From: a virus
Taxonomy: Duplodnaviria > Caudoviricetes
Strand: one strand, 5' to 3'
Virus record (IMG/VR): IMGVR_UViG_3300006133_000325
Length of the DNA stretch: 64,000 nucleotides
Shown: positions 31,687 to 42,581 of the stretch, one piece after another
Layout: each line of letters begins with the position of its first letter
How positions within the stretch are numbered: position 1 is the stretch's first letter
Program-made: the position numbers and the translations under genes
The notes under the pieces: generated by a model
The model's input: the letters and a program-made list of their open reading frames with translations, nothing else
Told to the model about the DNA's origin: nothing
The model's database searches: none

Positions 31687-33261
31687 ATAGAATCAGAAGA
31701 AACAAAAAACTCTTCTTATAAAACTGCTCTAGCACAAACGATACAAAAGCAACATCAAAATGATAAAGAGAATATTGAAAACTTTTTAGAGCATAAGTCT
31801 CCAACATTTGATATCTACAGCCTGCGTCGGCTCGTCTTATCAGAATTATGCTATAAAGGCGCTTTTAGATATAATCGCATTTGTGGATTTACTCGTAAAC
31901 AAATTGCAGCTATGGCTCAATTTCCGGAGCGGTATGGTTCACAAATTGTCCGTCTATCTGAATACATGATGTTAAAAAGCGGCTATTATAAAAGACTGAT
32001 TGATTACTTTGTCAATATGGCAGTTATCAACTGGACAATTGATTTAGAAGCAAAAACAGTAAAACTTTATGAACCTGATGAGAGAATGCAAAAAGCTATC
32101 AGAACAAATTATTTTAAATGTGTTTCACAAATCAATAAATTCAAATTAGATAACCGCATTACAGATATTATACGTCGATTATTTGTGGATGATGCCTGCT
32201 TTGGGTTTATTGTAGAAAATGATATCGAAACATCTATCTTTTTTCTAAATCCAATGTATTGTGAAATAAAGAAAAATATTGGTGGAAATGTTTATGGGTA
32301 TGCTGTTAATAGAAGCTTAATTGATAGCAGCTATTACGAAACTCTTCCATTAGAATTGCAGCGAATCATTGAAGAATCTAAAGAATTATCTCTAAATAAT
32401 ATGGTTATGATACCAGACAAAAATTCTTTTTGTTTGAAATATCATAATGACTTCACTTATTTATATCCTCCTTTTCTGCCTTTACTTTCTGAATTATTAG
32501 ATATCGACGACGCAAAAGAGCTTGCTAAAGCAAAATCAGAGGCAGATGCCTATAAATTGATTTATTTCAAAATCCCATTAACGCAAGATTCCCAAATTGC
32601 AATCGGTGATGAGATTATTAGTAGTTTTGTTGAAATGGCAAAGGCAATACTTCCAGAAAGATTCGGCGTTATTCCCTCTCCTATGGATTTACAACTCGTA
32701 GAAACAAAATCAACTGTATCAGATGATACAAATAAGGTAGAACAGGCTGTAGAAAATTATTATGGGGAAGCTGGTGTATCAAAAGCACTTATCTCCTCTG
32801 CTTCTAGTGGTTCCGAATTAAAGTTATCTATGAAAGTTGACAGTTCCGACATATACCGAATTTATAGAATGATAGAAGCATGGGTAGATTTGCAGATAAA
32901 GCTGCGTGGATTTATATATAGTGATTATCAGTTTGTCTATCGGATTCTTCCTACTACTATATTCGATATAAACGACTATATTGATACCCAGCTTAAAATG
33001 GCTCAAGCTTCTATGATAAATAAGGGAGTTCTTGCTGCGGCAAACGGAATCAATGCTGCAAAAATGTTAGGGAATACAGTATTAGAAAACAAGGTCTTGG
33101 GTGATATCTTTGATTCTTGGAATCCTTTACGTAGCAGTTATACAGAATCTGGAGGTTCTTCAGACGGTGTTGGCGCACCCAAAAAGGCTGAAACTGAAAT
33201 TAGTGAGGTTACAGAGGCTACACGGGCAAACGATGGGAATGATCCGGATAATAGGGTGTAG
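31687..33261 (+). CDS. Portal protein
   Basis: Follows TerL; ~525 aa when extended in frame to ATA 31687 behind AGGCGGTG. Confidence 0.75.
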   Translation: MESEETKNSSYKTALAQTIQKQHQNDKENIENFLEHKSPTFDIYSLRRLVLSELCYKGAFRYNRICGFTRKQIAAMAQFPERYGSQIVRLSEYMMLKSGYYKRLIDYFVNMAVINWTIDLEAKTVKLYEPDERMQKAIRTNYFKCVSQINKFKLDNRITDIIRRLFVDDACFGFIVENDIETSIFFLNPMYCEIKKNIGGNVYGYAVNRSLIDSSYYETLPLELQRIIEESKELSLNNMVMIPDKNSFCLKYHNDFTYLYPPFLPLLSELLDIDDAKELAKAKSEADAYKLIYFKIPLTQDSQIAIGDEIISSFVEMAKAILPERFGVIPSPMDLQLVETKSTVSDDTNKVEQAVENYYGEAGVSKALISSASSGSELKLSMKVDSSDIYRIYRMIEAWVDLQIKLRGFIYSDYQFVYRILPTTIFDINDYIDTQLKMAQASMINKGVLAAANGINAAKMLGNTVLENKVLGDIFDSWNPLRSSYTESGGSSDGVGAPKKAETEISEVTEATRANDGNDPDNRV

Positions 33262-33324
33262 TCATAAAAAATCAAGAAGGAGAATTTATAAGCACAACAA
33301 AAAGAAAGTGATAAAGATAATTAT

Positions 33325-33513
33325 ATGGGTGAAGTAATATTTTTAGATAAATTCAAGGCTGATACTCTCCTATCGCTTGGATTTAAATATATTGTTAAAA
33401 TTATTGATGGTAAAGAAACATTTGTATTTATTCAAACAAAAGAGTTGATGATGGAACTAAACTCAAAATTTGAGAAAGGTTCTTTTTTTTGTACGAAAAA
33501 TTTATGTTTTTGA
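33325..33513 (+). CDS. Small hypothetical protein
   Basis: In-operon ORF. Confidence 0.5.
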   Translation: MGEVIFLDKFKADTLLSLGFKYIVKIIDGKETFVFIQTKELMMELNSKFEKGSFFCTKNLCF

Positions 33514-33529
33514 TAAAAGGAAAGGAGGA

Positions 33530-35023
33530 ATGGTTAATTTGGATTTTGACAAAAATCAAACTTTAAATTTTACATCAAAACTATCCCATTTTGAAATTGT
33601 CAATCAAGAATTCATTCGGTGTAAATGCTATATGTTAGCAACTGGAGACAATGTAAACGGATCAGATATTACTTTGGAATCTGTCAAAAAAGCGTTGGCA
33701 AGAAATGAGTTTGACAATAAACCTGTTATAGCACATTTATATCAAGATATTGAAGATAATGGAAAATGGCGAGTTGGCGGACATGATTCTAAATGGATTA
33801 TTACAAATACGTCTATTGATATGATAAATGAATGTATACCATTTGGAGTGATACCTGAATCTGCAAACCTGCAATTAGAAGAAGTTCTTGAGGCAGATGG
33901 CGTGACAACGAATACCTATTTAACATGTCAGATTCTTCTTTGGACAGGAAGATTTAATATCATGGATGCTGCCTATAGTGATGATATTTATTTTAACCAA
34001 AGCTGTGAAATATCTGTCAATGAATACCATTATAAAGACAATGGTGTTTGTGCCATTGATGATTTTACGTTCAGTGCATTATGTCTATTGAATAAATCTT
34101 CTGATTTAGAGAAAAATGTTCGTCCTTGTTTCCCTTCTTGTCGAGTGGAAAAAATAAAAAATTTTTCTATTAACGAAGATAGTTTCAAACAAAATTTCAA
34201 TTTAATGCTTAAAAAATTAAAGCAATATGAAGCAGATGGAATTACCACTGTTCAAAATAAAGTAACAAAAAATCAGAAAGGAGAACGAACTATGGATTTA
34301 AAAAAATTCATGCAAACCCTTTCAAGCGAAAAAAGCGGGAATTACAGGCTATTAAGTGTAAACGATACCCAAATTTTTGCTTTAGATATGGAAGATTATA
34401 AACCATATGGGTTCAATTATGGTATCTCTAAAGAAAACGACGAGGAGTTTCTTACTATTGATTTTGAATCTAAGGTTGAACTGTCTTTATCTGCAACTGA
34501 AAAAATTACAGAGGAAGACTTTGAGGAGTTTGATATCAAAAATGAAATTGATACCATCAAGGAAGCTTATTCCAAAAAGAATGTAGAAGAAAAAGTAGCC
34601 GAGGCAACTGCTGCTGTTTCTGCAGAATTTCAAAAAGACTATGATAGTTTAAAAGAAGCATATGATACTCTCTTAGAGGCACATAAATTAGCAACCACTA
34701 AAGTAGATGAATATGAAAGGCAGGAAAAAGAGTTTGAACTTCAACAGCATAAAAATAAGATTGATGAGCTTGTCAATAAATATGCTGAAAAACTCGGAAA
34801 ATATTCTTCTTTTCTAGTATACAAGGCTAATATCGAAACCCATTACTCTAAAACCTGTGAACAAGTAGAACAGGATCTTATTCTTATGGCTGGAAAATAT
34901 CTTACCAGTAAAGAAAATCTAAAAAATAAAGCATTCTCTTATGCCCCAACAGAAACAAAAGCTTGTCGCATAACGGCAGCCGAATCCAAGTACGGGCATC
35001 TATTAGACAAATATATTCAATAA
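33530..35023 (+). CDS. Prohead protease/scaffold-like protein
   Basis: Between portal and capsid; QSCEI..FSALCLL..PCF N-domain, coiled-coil tail; AGGAGG RBS. Confidence 0.65.
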   Translation: MVNLDFDKNQTLNFTSKLSHFEIVNQEFIRCKCYMLATGDNVNGSDITLESVKKALARNEFDNKPVIAHLYQDIEDNGKWRVGGHDSKWIITNTSIDMINECIPFGVIPESANLQLEEVLEADGVTTNTYLTCQILLWTGRFNIMDAAYSDDIYFNQSCEISVNEYHYKDNGVCAIDDFTFSALCLLNKSSDLEKNVRPCFPSCRVEKIKNFSINEDSFKQNFNLMLKKLKQYEADGITTVQNKVTKNQKGERTMDLKKFMQTLSSEKSGNYRLLSVNDTQIFALDMEDYKPYGFNYGISKENDEEFLTIDFESKVELSLSATEKITEEDFEEFDIKNEIDTIKEAYSKKNVEEKVAEATAAVSAEFQKDYDSLKEAYDTLLEAHKLATTKVDEYERQEKEFELQQHKNKIDELVNKYAEKLGKYSSFLVYKANIETHYSKTCEQVEQDLILMAGKYLTSKENLKNKAFSYAPTETKACRITAAESKYGHLLDKYIQ

Positions 35024-35038
35024 AAGGAGGAACAATTT

Positions 35039-35569
35039 ATGGACAACAAATATATGGTAGCTGAAAGCACCTTGCTTACCAATGCAAGGATTTTTAGTAT
35101 GCAGTCTACAAAGGATCTCCAGAATGGTGCCATTGTAGGAAAAGGTGAACTAATGACTGGCGAAGACCAGATTTATACTGCTCTTGATGACTATGCAGAC
35201 GGAGAATACTTAGTTTTAAATCCAGCATGGAGCTATAAGGGTGATAGTATTGTCAATCAGAATGAGGAGAATTATGTAAACAAAGCTGGACGTGCCTTTC
35301 GAGCATATCGGCTTGAAAAAGATCACAAATACAAAATCTATAATATAGAGGAAACATTTGAGATTGGTGATGCTGTAAAATACGATGCTGCTACAGGCAA
35401 GTACACAAAAGATGAATCTTCTAACTTAAAAGTAGTTGCTATTGAAGAAACTGGTTTTCCTTTTTGTATCGGAAGTATTGGCGTTCAATTAGCAGGTGAT
35501 GATGCAAATGAATACGGATATGCAACTGGAGCCAAAACTGTAAAATATACCATTGAAAAAGTAAAATAA
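35039..35569 (+). CDS. Putative capsid decoration protein
   Basis: Position directly before the major capsid gene; strong RBS. Confidence 0.5.
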   Translation: MDNKYMVAESTLLTNARIFSMQSTKDLQNGAIVGKGELMTGEDQIYTALDDYADGEYLVLNPAWSYKGDSIVNQNEENYVNKAGRAFRAYRLEKDHKYKIYNIEETFEIGDAVKYDAATGKYTKDESSNLKVVAIEETGFPFCIGSIGVQLAGDDANEYGYATGAKTVKYTIEKVK

Positions 35570-35588
35570 TTAAAGGAGGAGATAAGAT

Positions 35589-36602
35589 ATGAGTATGGTT
35601 ACTGACCTTACTGCGTTAATGAACGATGGTCTTTCTAATAAGATTGGTCTTTTTAATGAACACGCAGCAAAATATACTGACCAGGCTGTTAGAGAAGCTT
35701 TCTTTGAAATCTTGGGTGAAGACAAGCTAACCTATCAGAACTGGAGAGCAAATAAAAATGACTTATTTTCTATTATGGAAAATGTTTTGACCACCAACCT
35801 TCCACTAGCATGGGAAAATTCTTCTTTTTATGATCAGTTTGTAGAAATTAGAAATGGGGCTACGGGAGATTCCAATGAATTTATTGTTCCAGATAATTCT
35901 ATTATGGTGGCAAGTAGAATTTCTGGAAACCACTGGGATATTAATAGACAGAAAATCCAAGGTAATCGAGGATTTAGTGTTGTGACTGAATGGATTGGTA
36001 TCAGAGTATACGAAGAGTTGGAACGTTTCTTAAAGGGAATTACTACTCTAGTTGAAATGATGACCAAACTACAGAAGTCCTTTCAGACAGAAATTGATTC
36101 TCGTGTCTATGCTGCCTTTAATGGTATTGGAACCTATCTTCCAGCTAAATTCCAGGAAAGTGGTAGTTATGATAAAAGTACTATGAATGACTTAATTCAA
36201 AGAGTACAAGTTGCTTCTCAGAAAAATGTTATTCTGGCTGGTACAAGATCTGCTCTCTCTACTGTTGCAGAAGGCTTGGGTACTGCATGGATTTCTGAAG
36301 CTGCAAAACAGGAGTTAGCAACTACTGGTATGGTAATTGAAAACATTGGGCTTCCATGTAAAACAATGCTGATTCCACAAACGTTTTTACGTGGCACTTA
36401 TGATTTTAAGGTAGATAATAGTACTTTATATGTGCTTCCTGAAAACAGCAAGCCAATCAAGCTTTTCTTTGAAGGAGAAACTCGTACTTTAGAAAGAGGA
36501 TATCAGGAAAACAAGGATATGACTTTTGATGCTATCATTGAACAAAAGTTGGGCGCTGCTATTATCGTAGATTCCCTAGTAGGAAAATATACAATCGTCT
36601 AA
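35589..36602 (+). CDS. Major capsid protein
   Basis: 337 aa, synteny, strong RBS, downstream hairpin at 36618-36663. Confidence 0.75.
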   Translation: MSMVTDLTALMNDGLSNKIGLFNEHAAKYTDQAVREAFFEILGEDKLTYQNWRANKNDLFSIMENVLTTNLPLAWENSSFYDQFVEIRNGATGDSNEFIVPDNSIMVASRISGNHWDINRQKIQGNRGFSVVTEWIGIRVYEELERFLKGITTLVEMMTKLQKSFQTEIDSRVYAAFNGIGTYLPAKFQESGSYDKSTMNDLIQRVQVASQKNVILAGTRSALSTVAEGLGTAWISEAAKQELATTGMVIENIGLPCKTMLIPQTFLRGTYDFKVDNSTLYVLPENSKPIKLFFEGETRTLERGYQENKDMTFDAIIEQKLGAAIIVDSLVGKYTIV

Positions 36603-36688
36603 ATAATATGAAAACGTTCAGCACCTGAAAAGGTGTATTTTTATGCTTATTTTTAGGTGCTGATATTTTTAAGGAGGATCTTAACTAT

Positions 36689-37435
36689 ATGGATTTTGAA
36701 AAAATGGATCTGGACGAATTAAAAGAATATGCTAAATCCATTGGTCTAACTGTTGGCAATATTGGAAAAGAGAAATTAGTTGCAAAAATCAGGGAAAAAA
36801 CCTCTGACAATACTCCTATTAAATCTTTATTAGAAGATGATGATTTAGAAGAAAGGAAAAGTATTCCTACTTCTATTGACAACTCTGCCGATTCTACTTC
36901 TTTGCTTGGCTCTATTTCTTCTGCTATTGATGAATTAGATGAAGCTGCCAACGAAAAAGTAGAAGAAATGGTTGACTTACCAATGGAAACACAAATTCCT
37001 GTAAAGTCTATCACTTTTGGAGGGCTAACTTATATTTCAAGAACAACAAATGCTGTTTTCAGATGGAATCAAATTGGTGCAGTTGAATATATGACAGTCG
37101 CCCAATTAAATGAGATGAGTAATTATAAGAGTGATTTTTTACGTAAGCCTATGGTAATCCTTATGGACGAACGTGCTATTAAAAAATTCCGTCTAACATC
37201 AGTCTATGAAAACGTCGCTAAAATCAATAATCTTACCTCTGTATTTCAATCTGATTTAAATACAATCTCTAAAGTGATTGACGATGCTTTGCGTGTTAAT
37301 ATGAGAGATATTTTAATCTCAAAGGTTCGTCAAATGTACAAAAACAAAAAATTAGTTGATATTAATATTATTCGTTTATTAGAAAACAAATTAAAATTCG
37401 ACCTATCTGATAGTGATTTATCTGATACCAAATAA
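36689..37435 (+). CDS. Phage protein with Rho-N-like N-terminus
   Basis: MDLDELKEYAKSIGL..KEKLVAKI. Confidence 0.55.
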   Translation: MDFEKMDLDELKEYAKSIGLTVGNIGKEKLVAKIREKTSDNTPIKSLLEDDDLEERKSIPTSIDNSADSTSLLGSISSAIDELDEAANEKVEEMVDLPMETQIPVKSITFGGLTYISRTTNAVFRWNQIGAVEYMTVAQLNEMSNYKSDFLRKPMVILMDERAIKKFRLTSVYENVAKINNLTSVFQSDLNTISKVIDDALRVNMRDILISKVRQMYKNKKLVDINIIRLLENKLKFDLSDSDLSDTK

Positions 37436-37455
37436 ATTTAAAGGCAGGTGATACT

Positions 37456-37914
37456 ATGCCTTATACCACATACCGAGAATTAGAAGATGCGGTATTTAAT
37501 AAAATCAAAGAATTGGATTTTGTTGCTTTGACAGAAGATACTGCATATGAAATCGTACATAGTTATATGCGTCCAGCGATTGTTCAATTTCAATCTGCGA
37601 AACAGGATTTGTCTGATAGAGATGATAAACTTGCCCGTTTTAATTTCACACTTACAGATGAAACCTTTATTATTTTAGTAAATTATATGATAATTGAATG
37701 GTTAGATTCTAATTATTTACTTACCACTAATGCACTAAAAGCACGTCTTACATCAAGTGATTTTAAATCTCTGAATCTGCCGCAGCAGTTAGATAAGGTT
37801 ATGGCACTACGTACTATGTTAAAGTCAGAAAACAATCAGCTTGCTATCAATAAATCTTATCACTCTTCTACTCTATTTGACTTGGTTACTGGTAGAAAGA
37901 AGGTGCAGGCTTGA
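37456..37914 (+). CDS. Putative head-tail adaptor
   Basis: Synteny and size. Confidence 0.5.
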   Translation: MPYTTYRELEDAVFNKIKELDFVALTEDTAYEIVHSYMRPAIVQFQSAKQDLSDRDDKLARFNFTLTDETFIILVNYMIIEWLDSNYLLTTNALKARLTSSDFKSLNLPQQLDKVMALRTMLKSENNQLAINKSYHSSTLFDLVTGRKKVQA

Positions 37915-38948
37915 GTTTACATCTTATGAAAGAACGAATCCAGCGAAGTGGCACAACTCTTTATCAGGAACAGATAAAAGATGGGCAAGATGTCCTGACT
38001 TATGGCTTTCAAGACGATGTTTCCTATAATCCAAATATCATTTTATATCATACAGAAGAATCCATACCAATTAAAATGTTCAATCAAAAATCAAGCGCCT
38101 CTTATGGCTTTGCTATCAGTTTTTTATCTCCACATGATACTCCAGTGGAACTAGGGCAGATTCTATATGATACAAAGAAAAATGAATACTGGCTTTGTGT
38201 AGAATCATTTGACGTATCCGGAATCCACTACGATGGGAAATTAGGAAAGTGTGGACACTTCTTACGTTGGCAGGATAAAAAGGGTGTTATTCAGGAGTAT
38301 CCTATGATTGTCACCTCGGCTGCAAAATATAACAACGGAGAACGGAAATGGGGATCCGTAGAGCTTGCCTCTGATCAAATTATGGTATTTACACAATTAA
38401 ATGAAGATACCATTCAACTTGATCGCGGAGATTGTTTCTTTGTAGATGAAAATAGAGTACATCCATCTGTCTATGAACTAACCCGTACTGATACTGCCCT
38501 TTATACTTATATGGGAACTGGATTTTTAGGCATGATTCTAACGGAAAGTGCTTATACCCCTTCAAAAGAAGAATTGGAACTGGGTGTTTGTTATTATAAA
38601 TATTTTCCAGAACCTACTCTCCCGCCCGTGCCACCAGAAACAGAAGATCCAGATGAATCTCCTGTTCTACTCTCTTCTATATCTGGCAGCAAAAGTCTAA
38701 AAGTAGGATTTCCACGCACTTATACAGCTAGATTCACAGATGAAAACGGAGAAGAACTGGATTGGAATAATATCTCGTTTACTTGGGAAGTTGAAGCAGA
38801 TTTTGAAGTAGTAAAAACAGAATATAATAACAAAATAACTCTATTGGCAGAAAGGGAAGATATCATTGAAAAGTCTATCCTTTTGAAGCTTCTGATAGAG
38901 GATGAAACTGCAGCAGATCTTAAAATCAATATAACCGCTGTTGCATAG
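37911..38948 (+). CDS. Putative head-closure/neck protein with Ig-like C-terminus
   Basis: Synteny; Pro-rich linker then beta-rich domain. Confidence 0.5.
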   Translation: MSLHLMKERIQRSGTTLYQEQIKDGQDVLTYGFQDDVSYNPNIILYHTEESIPIKMFNQKSSASYGFAISFLSPHDTPVELGQILYDTKKNEYWLCVESFDVSGIHYDGKLGKCGHFLRWQDKKGVIQEYPMIVTSAAKYNNGERKWGSVELASDQIMVFTQLNEDTIQLDRGDCFFVDENRVHPSVYELTRTDTALYTYMGTGFLGMILTESAYTPSKEELELGVCYYKYFPEPTLPPVPPETEDPDESPVLLSSISGSKSLKVGFPRTYTARFTDENGEELDWNNISFTWEVEADFEVVKTEYNNKITLLAEREDIIEKSILLKLLIEDETAADLKINITAVA

Positions 38949-38958
38949 GAGGATTTCA

Positions 38959-39555
38959 ATGGCGAATTTATACTACGCTGCCAATTATAAAAATAAAATT
39001 ATCAATCTTCTATTAAAAAACCAGGACTTTATCCGTCTGATAAATCCTATTCCGTGTCCGCATGATGAACTTGACATTGTAGATGTATTATTAGGCGGCG
39101 AATGGATTATAAATGGAGAGGTTTATAAAGAACAAGGGCATATCTTTGATTATAATTTCGTAAATGACACGATTACAGATAAAAAAACATTTGTATTTGT
39201 AGAAACTGACATTGATACAGTTAGGGATGATATTTTTACAGACTTTAATTTATATATATGTATTTTTACAGAAAAAGAGCTTGTCAGGATTACAGATAAT
39301 AGTATACCTACTGTAAACCAAATAAAAGAAATGGGTTATTTTGTAGGAAACCGCGCTAATCGGATAGATGTCTTGTGTGATATTGTGGATAGGATTTTGA
39401 ATGGTTCAAGTGAACTGAATGGGATAGGACGTATACGACCATGCCCTATGGACTATATGACTATTTTTTGCCCAAGTAATAACTATTATGGAAAATGCCT
39501 AAAATATAGAATTTCTAATTATAATGAAGGAGGAACTGACTGTGGATATCAATAA
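38959..39555 (+). CDS. Putative tail completion protein
   Basis: Synteny; AGGAGG before ATG 38959. Confidence 0.45.
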   Translation: MANLYYAANYKNKIINLLLKNQDFIRLINPIPCPHDELDIVDVLLGGEWIINGEVYKEQGHIFDYNFVNDTITDKKTFVFVETDIDTVRDDIFTDFNLYICIFTEKELVRITDNSIPTVNQIKEMGYFVGNRANRIDVLCDIVDRILNGSSELNGIGRIRPCPMDYMTIFCPSNNYYGKCLKYRISNYNEGGTDCGYQ

Positions 39556-40318
39556 AGAATCCCTGCAATCTTTCCTTATTTTCAACAAGGAAATTCCATA
39601 CAATAAATTTATTACTTTATATCCTATTCGTATGAAGGATTACTTATCTTTCCAACAATTCCAACTTGCCCTGACATTACGTAAGGATTCTATTTTCCGA
39701 AAAAAAGAATTCGTCAAAATGGGCTATCTTGAGTTCATTCAATATGCTTGCCGCAACACGGCTCTTGCTGAAGAATATAAATTAACTTTTCTTCCTTTTT
39801 ATTATGATTTTATTATAGGGATTTTACAGTTGGTTTGTAGGGAAGATGCAAAAATTAAATACTCTCCTCAAACTCTTGAAATTACGATAAATGACTTTGC
39901 TATTACGAATAGCGTATTTGACGATTTAAGAAAAATTATTATTATTCAAAATGATATTGCGTTTGATGTTGATGAATTTATGAACATTGATACGGTTCAT
40001 GCTTTGGAAAAGGCAAGAGAATTTGAAGCAAAAAAAAAGAAAGAAACTGCAGATATAGAAGATTATGTTGATTCTTTGATTGTAAGCCTGAAAATGGACG
40101 AGGAATATGTGTCCAATCTAACAATAAGAAAATTTTGGAGATATATTAAACGTATCAACAAACATGAAGAATATATAGCCTGCCGTTCAGGGCAAATGAG
40201 TGGAATGGTGACTTTTAAGGAGCCATTGCAGCATTGGATGACAAGTATAGAAGTCCTGGATAAAGATGAAAATTTCAAAGCAAACGAAAGTGAAGTAAGA
40301 AATAAAGTATTAGGCTAA
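39524..40318 (+). CDS. Hypothetical tail-assembly protein
   Basis: In-operon ORF. Confidence 0.45.
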   Translation: MKEELTVDINKESLQSFLIFNKEIPYNKFITLYPIRMKDYLSFQQFQLALTLRKDSIFRKKEFVKMGYLEFIQYACRNTALAEEYKLTFLPFYYDFIIGILQLVCREDAKIKYSPQTLEITINDFAITNSVFDDLRKIIIIQNDIAFDVDEFMNIDTVHALEKAREFEAKKKKETADIEDYVDSLIVSLKMDEEYVSNLTIRKFWRYIKRINKHEEYIACRSGQMSGMVTFKEPLQHWMTSIEVLDKDENFKANESEVRNKVLG

Positions 40319-40356
40319 TTCTTCTATAAAAATATTATAAGAAAGTGAGGAACTAT

Positions 40357-41376
40357 ATGGGAAATGTATTAGATGAACGTTCAAAAGATTTTTTAGTCTC
40401 TTCTGCTGATATTGCATTTATTGTAAACGGTATGTTAGCATTTACAGGGACTACTTCTTTAAACACTTCTATTTCTGTTTCTACTGAAGATCAGGAAATT
40501 ACAGGTGGCAAGGGTGGTAAAACACTTTACAAGTACAAATATGGTAGGAAATTAGCTCTTTCTATTGAAATGGCAGAATGGCGATTATCTTATATTGCGG
40601 CTAACGTAGGTTCTACCATTTTTGAGGGACTAAAAGATGTATTCTCTGTCGCAGAATGCGTTACTCTAACGAATGGTGTGGGAACTCTAAAGAAAATACC
40701 GGTTGGGAATGTTTATGTAGAAACACCAGATGGTTCTACTTTAGAAGTAACTCCGACTGGTTCTACTATTACCGTAGGGGAACTAGAGGGTTCTGTTTTA
40801 GCAACCTATCAGTACAGCACTAATGTGAAACGCATCACTATTGACGCTGCCTCTACTCCATTTGTTGGCAAACTAGTGATGACTGCAGAAAAACATAATA
40901 ATAAAAAGGGTAAAGTTGGAGAAGTACAAATTGAGATTCCTTCCTTCCAGCTTTCTGGTACATTCGATATCTCACTAGAATCTAGTGGAAGTACTACAAC
41001 TCAGTTAGATGGTGACGCACTGGCTGTAGAAAGCGATTCTTGTTCCGAAGGTACTGTGTACGGCTATATTACCGAAATTGCCTCTGAAGCTTCTACTGTC
41101 ACTGTGAATGATATTGCTGCTACTCCTGCTGTTATTAGCTTGGCTGTTGGGGAGCAAAGCACTATTTCTGTCATTGGTATTAAGGGCGGCTTATATAGCA
41201 ATGTAGCCATTGATGTAGCAGACTGCACGATTACATCAGAAGCACCAGCTACCGCAACTGTAGAAAACGGCATCGTTACAGCTATTGCAGAAGGAGAGAC
41301 TTATATTAACGTTGATTATAATGGTATCAAAGATATCATTAAAGTTATCGTTAGTACTGCAGTAGAAACCCCGTAA
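40357..41376 (+). CDS. Major tail (tube) protein with C-terminal Ig-like domain
   Basis: Thr/Ser/Gly-rich; SEAPATATVENGIVTAIAEGETYI Big_2-like; hairpin follows. Confidence 0.7.
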   Translation: MGNVLDERSKDFLVSSADIAFIVNGMLAFTGTTSLNTSISVSTEDQEITGGKGGKTLYKYKYGRKLALSIEMAEWRLSYIAANVGSTIFEGLKDVFSVAECVTLTNGVGTLKKIPVGNVYVETPDGSTLEVTPTGSTITVGELEGSVLATYQYSTNVKRITIDAASTPFVGKLVMTAEKHNNKKGKVGEVQIEIPSFQLSGTFDISLESSGSTTTQLDGDALAVESDSCSEGTVYGYITEIASEASTVTVNDIAATPAVISLAVGEQSTISVIGIKGGLYSNVAIDVADCTITSEAPATATVENGIVTAIAEGETYINVDYNGIKDIIKVIVSTAVETP

Positions 41377-41440
41377 AAATAGAAGAATTAAGGAGTTGTT
41401 GTACTGAAAAAGTACTTCAGCTCCATTTCTGGAGGTAAAA

Positions 41441-41704
41441 ATGGAAGAAAAATCAAACTATGAGGAAGCCTCCAAAGAAGAGGTCAAATCAACGAAAAAA
41501 ACAGGAACAGCGCGACATAAAAGGGAACATTATAAAACAGAACGATGTAAAGTTCTTTTATATAATAAGCTAACAAAAGAACTGGATATTAACTTTATGG
41601 GATATGGAATCCGAATATCCCATGCTGAGCATATTGATTCAGACTATGTTACCATAAAATATCTTGGAGAAATTGGTAAACCTAATTTTGTCTGTGAATT
41701 GTAG
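41441..41704 (+). CDS. Hypothetical protein
   Basis: GGAGG RBS. Confidence 0.55.
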   Translation: MEEKSNYEEASKEEVKSTKKTGTARHKREHYKTERCKVLLYNKLTKELDINFMGYGIRISHAEHIDSDYVTIKYLGEIGKPNFVCEL

Positions 41705-41712
41705 GTGATTCC

Positions 41713-41901
41713 ATGTGCAAAAACTGTTATGAAGAATTTGTGGCACGTAGTGGTAAAATCATGCTTTTTTGCAAACTATTAGAGAAAAATAATGAATCAA
41801 AAAACATTATGACCAGGCTATGTCTGTGTCAACGGTACTGCCGTGATAGAGATAAATATATCCCAAATCAACAAAATTCGGGATGTAAAAATTTTGAGTG
41901 A
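41713..41901 (+). CDS. Small Cys-rich protein
   Basis: 7 Cys in 62 aa; AGGTG RBS. Confidence 0.5.
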   Translation: MCKNCYEEFVARSGKIMLFCKLLEKNNESKNIMTRLCLCQRYCRDRDKYIPNQQNSGCKNFE

Positions 41902-42005
41902 ATAATATATTAGCGTAAAAAAGAAAAATGGGTAAGGTATATACGCTAATATGTTTTAGCTATACGCTTTACCCATTTTTTTACGCTTGAAAGAGGGGGG
42001 CTATA

Positions 42006-42233
42006 ATCATCAAAATAGACCATGAATATAGCAGTAACTGGAAAGAGGAAATGTCCTATTTAGAGAACCAGGGAATCCATTATCGTTTTGTAAAAACAAT
42101 CAATGGTGTTACTGTATGGAAATATGAAAAAACAGAAGAATTATTTCGTGCATTGGCTGATTTTTACAGTAATGTATATCAAATGACGCATAAAGATATC
42201 TTTAATTCTAAATGGAGGAAAGAAAACAAATGA
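42006..42233 (+). CDS. Small hypothetical phage protein
   Basis: Frame open upstream of the ORF-track ATG to ATA/ATC behind GAGGGGGG. Confidence 0.5.
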   Translation: MIKIDHEYSSNWKEEMSYLENQGIHYRFVKTINGVTVWKYEKTEELFRALADFYSNVYQMTHKDIFNSKWRKENK

Positions 42234-42541
42234 GTGATAATTTATTCAAAATAGTCATGGCTCTTATCCCCGTCATAGGGGCAATCGTTACAGGGTTTCT
42301 TATACCTTATATCAAAACAAAAATATCTGCAGCCCAGTTGGATGAAATCAGCCAATGGGTAACAAAAACCGTACAAGCGGCGGAAGTTCTGTTCAATACA
42401 CCCAAATCTGGTGACGAAAAAAGAGGATATGTAATAGATATGATTGACCAAATGTTCAATTCTAAAAAAGAGGTCATTACAAAAGAACAGATCCGTATTT
42501 TATTAGAAGCGGCTTGGAAAGAAATGAGCGAAACTGTATGA
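42230..42541 (+). CDS. Phage holin, LL-H-like
   Basis: N-terminal TM; VQAAEVLF..SGDEK..LLEAA. Confidence 0.78.
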   Translation: MSDNLFKIVMALIPVIGAIVTGFLIPYIKTKISAAQLDEISQWVTKTVQAAEVLFNTPKSGDEKRGYVIDMIDQMFNSKKEVITKEQIRILLEAAWKEMSETV

Positions 42542-42581
42542 GCAATTATTTGACAGAAAAATAGAAAGGTATATTTAGATA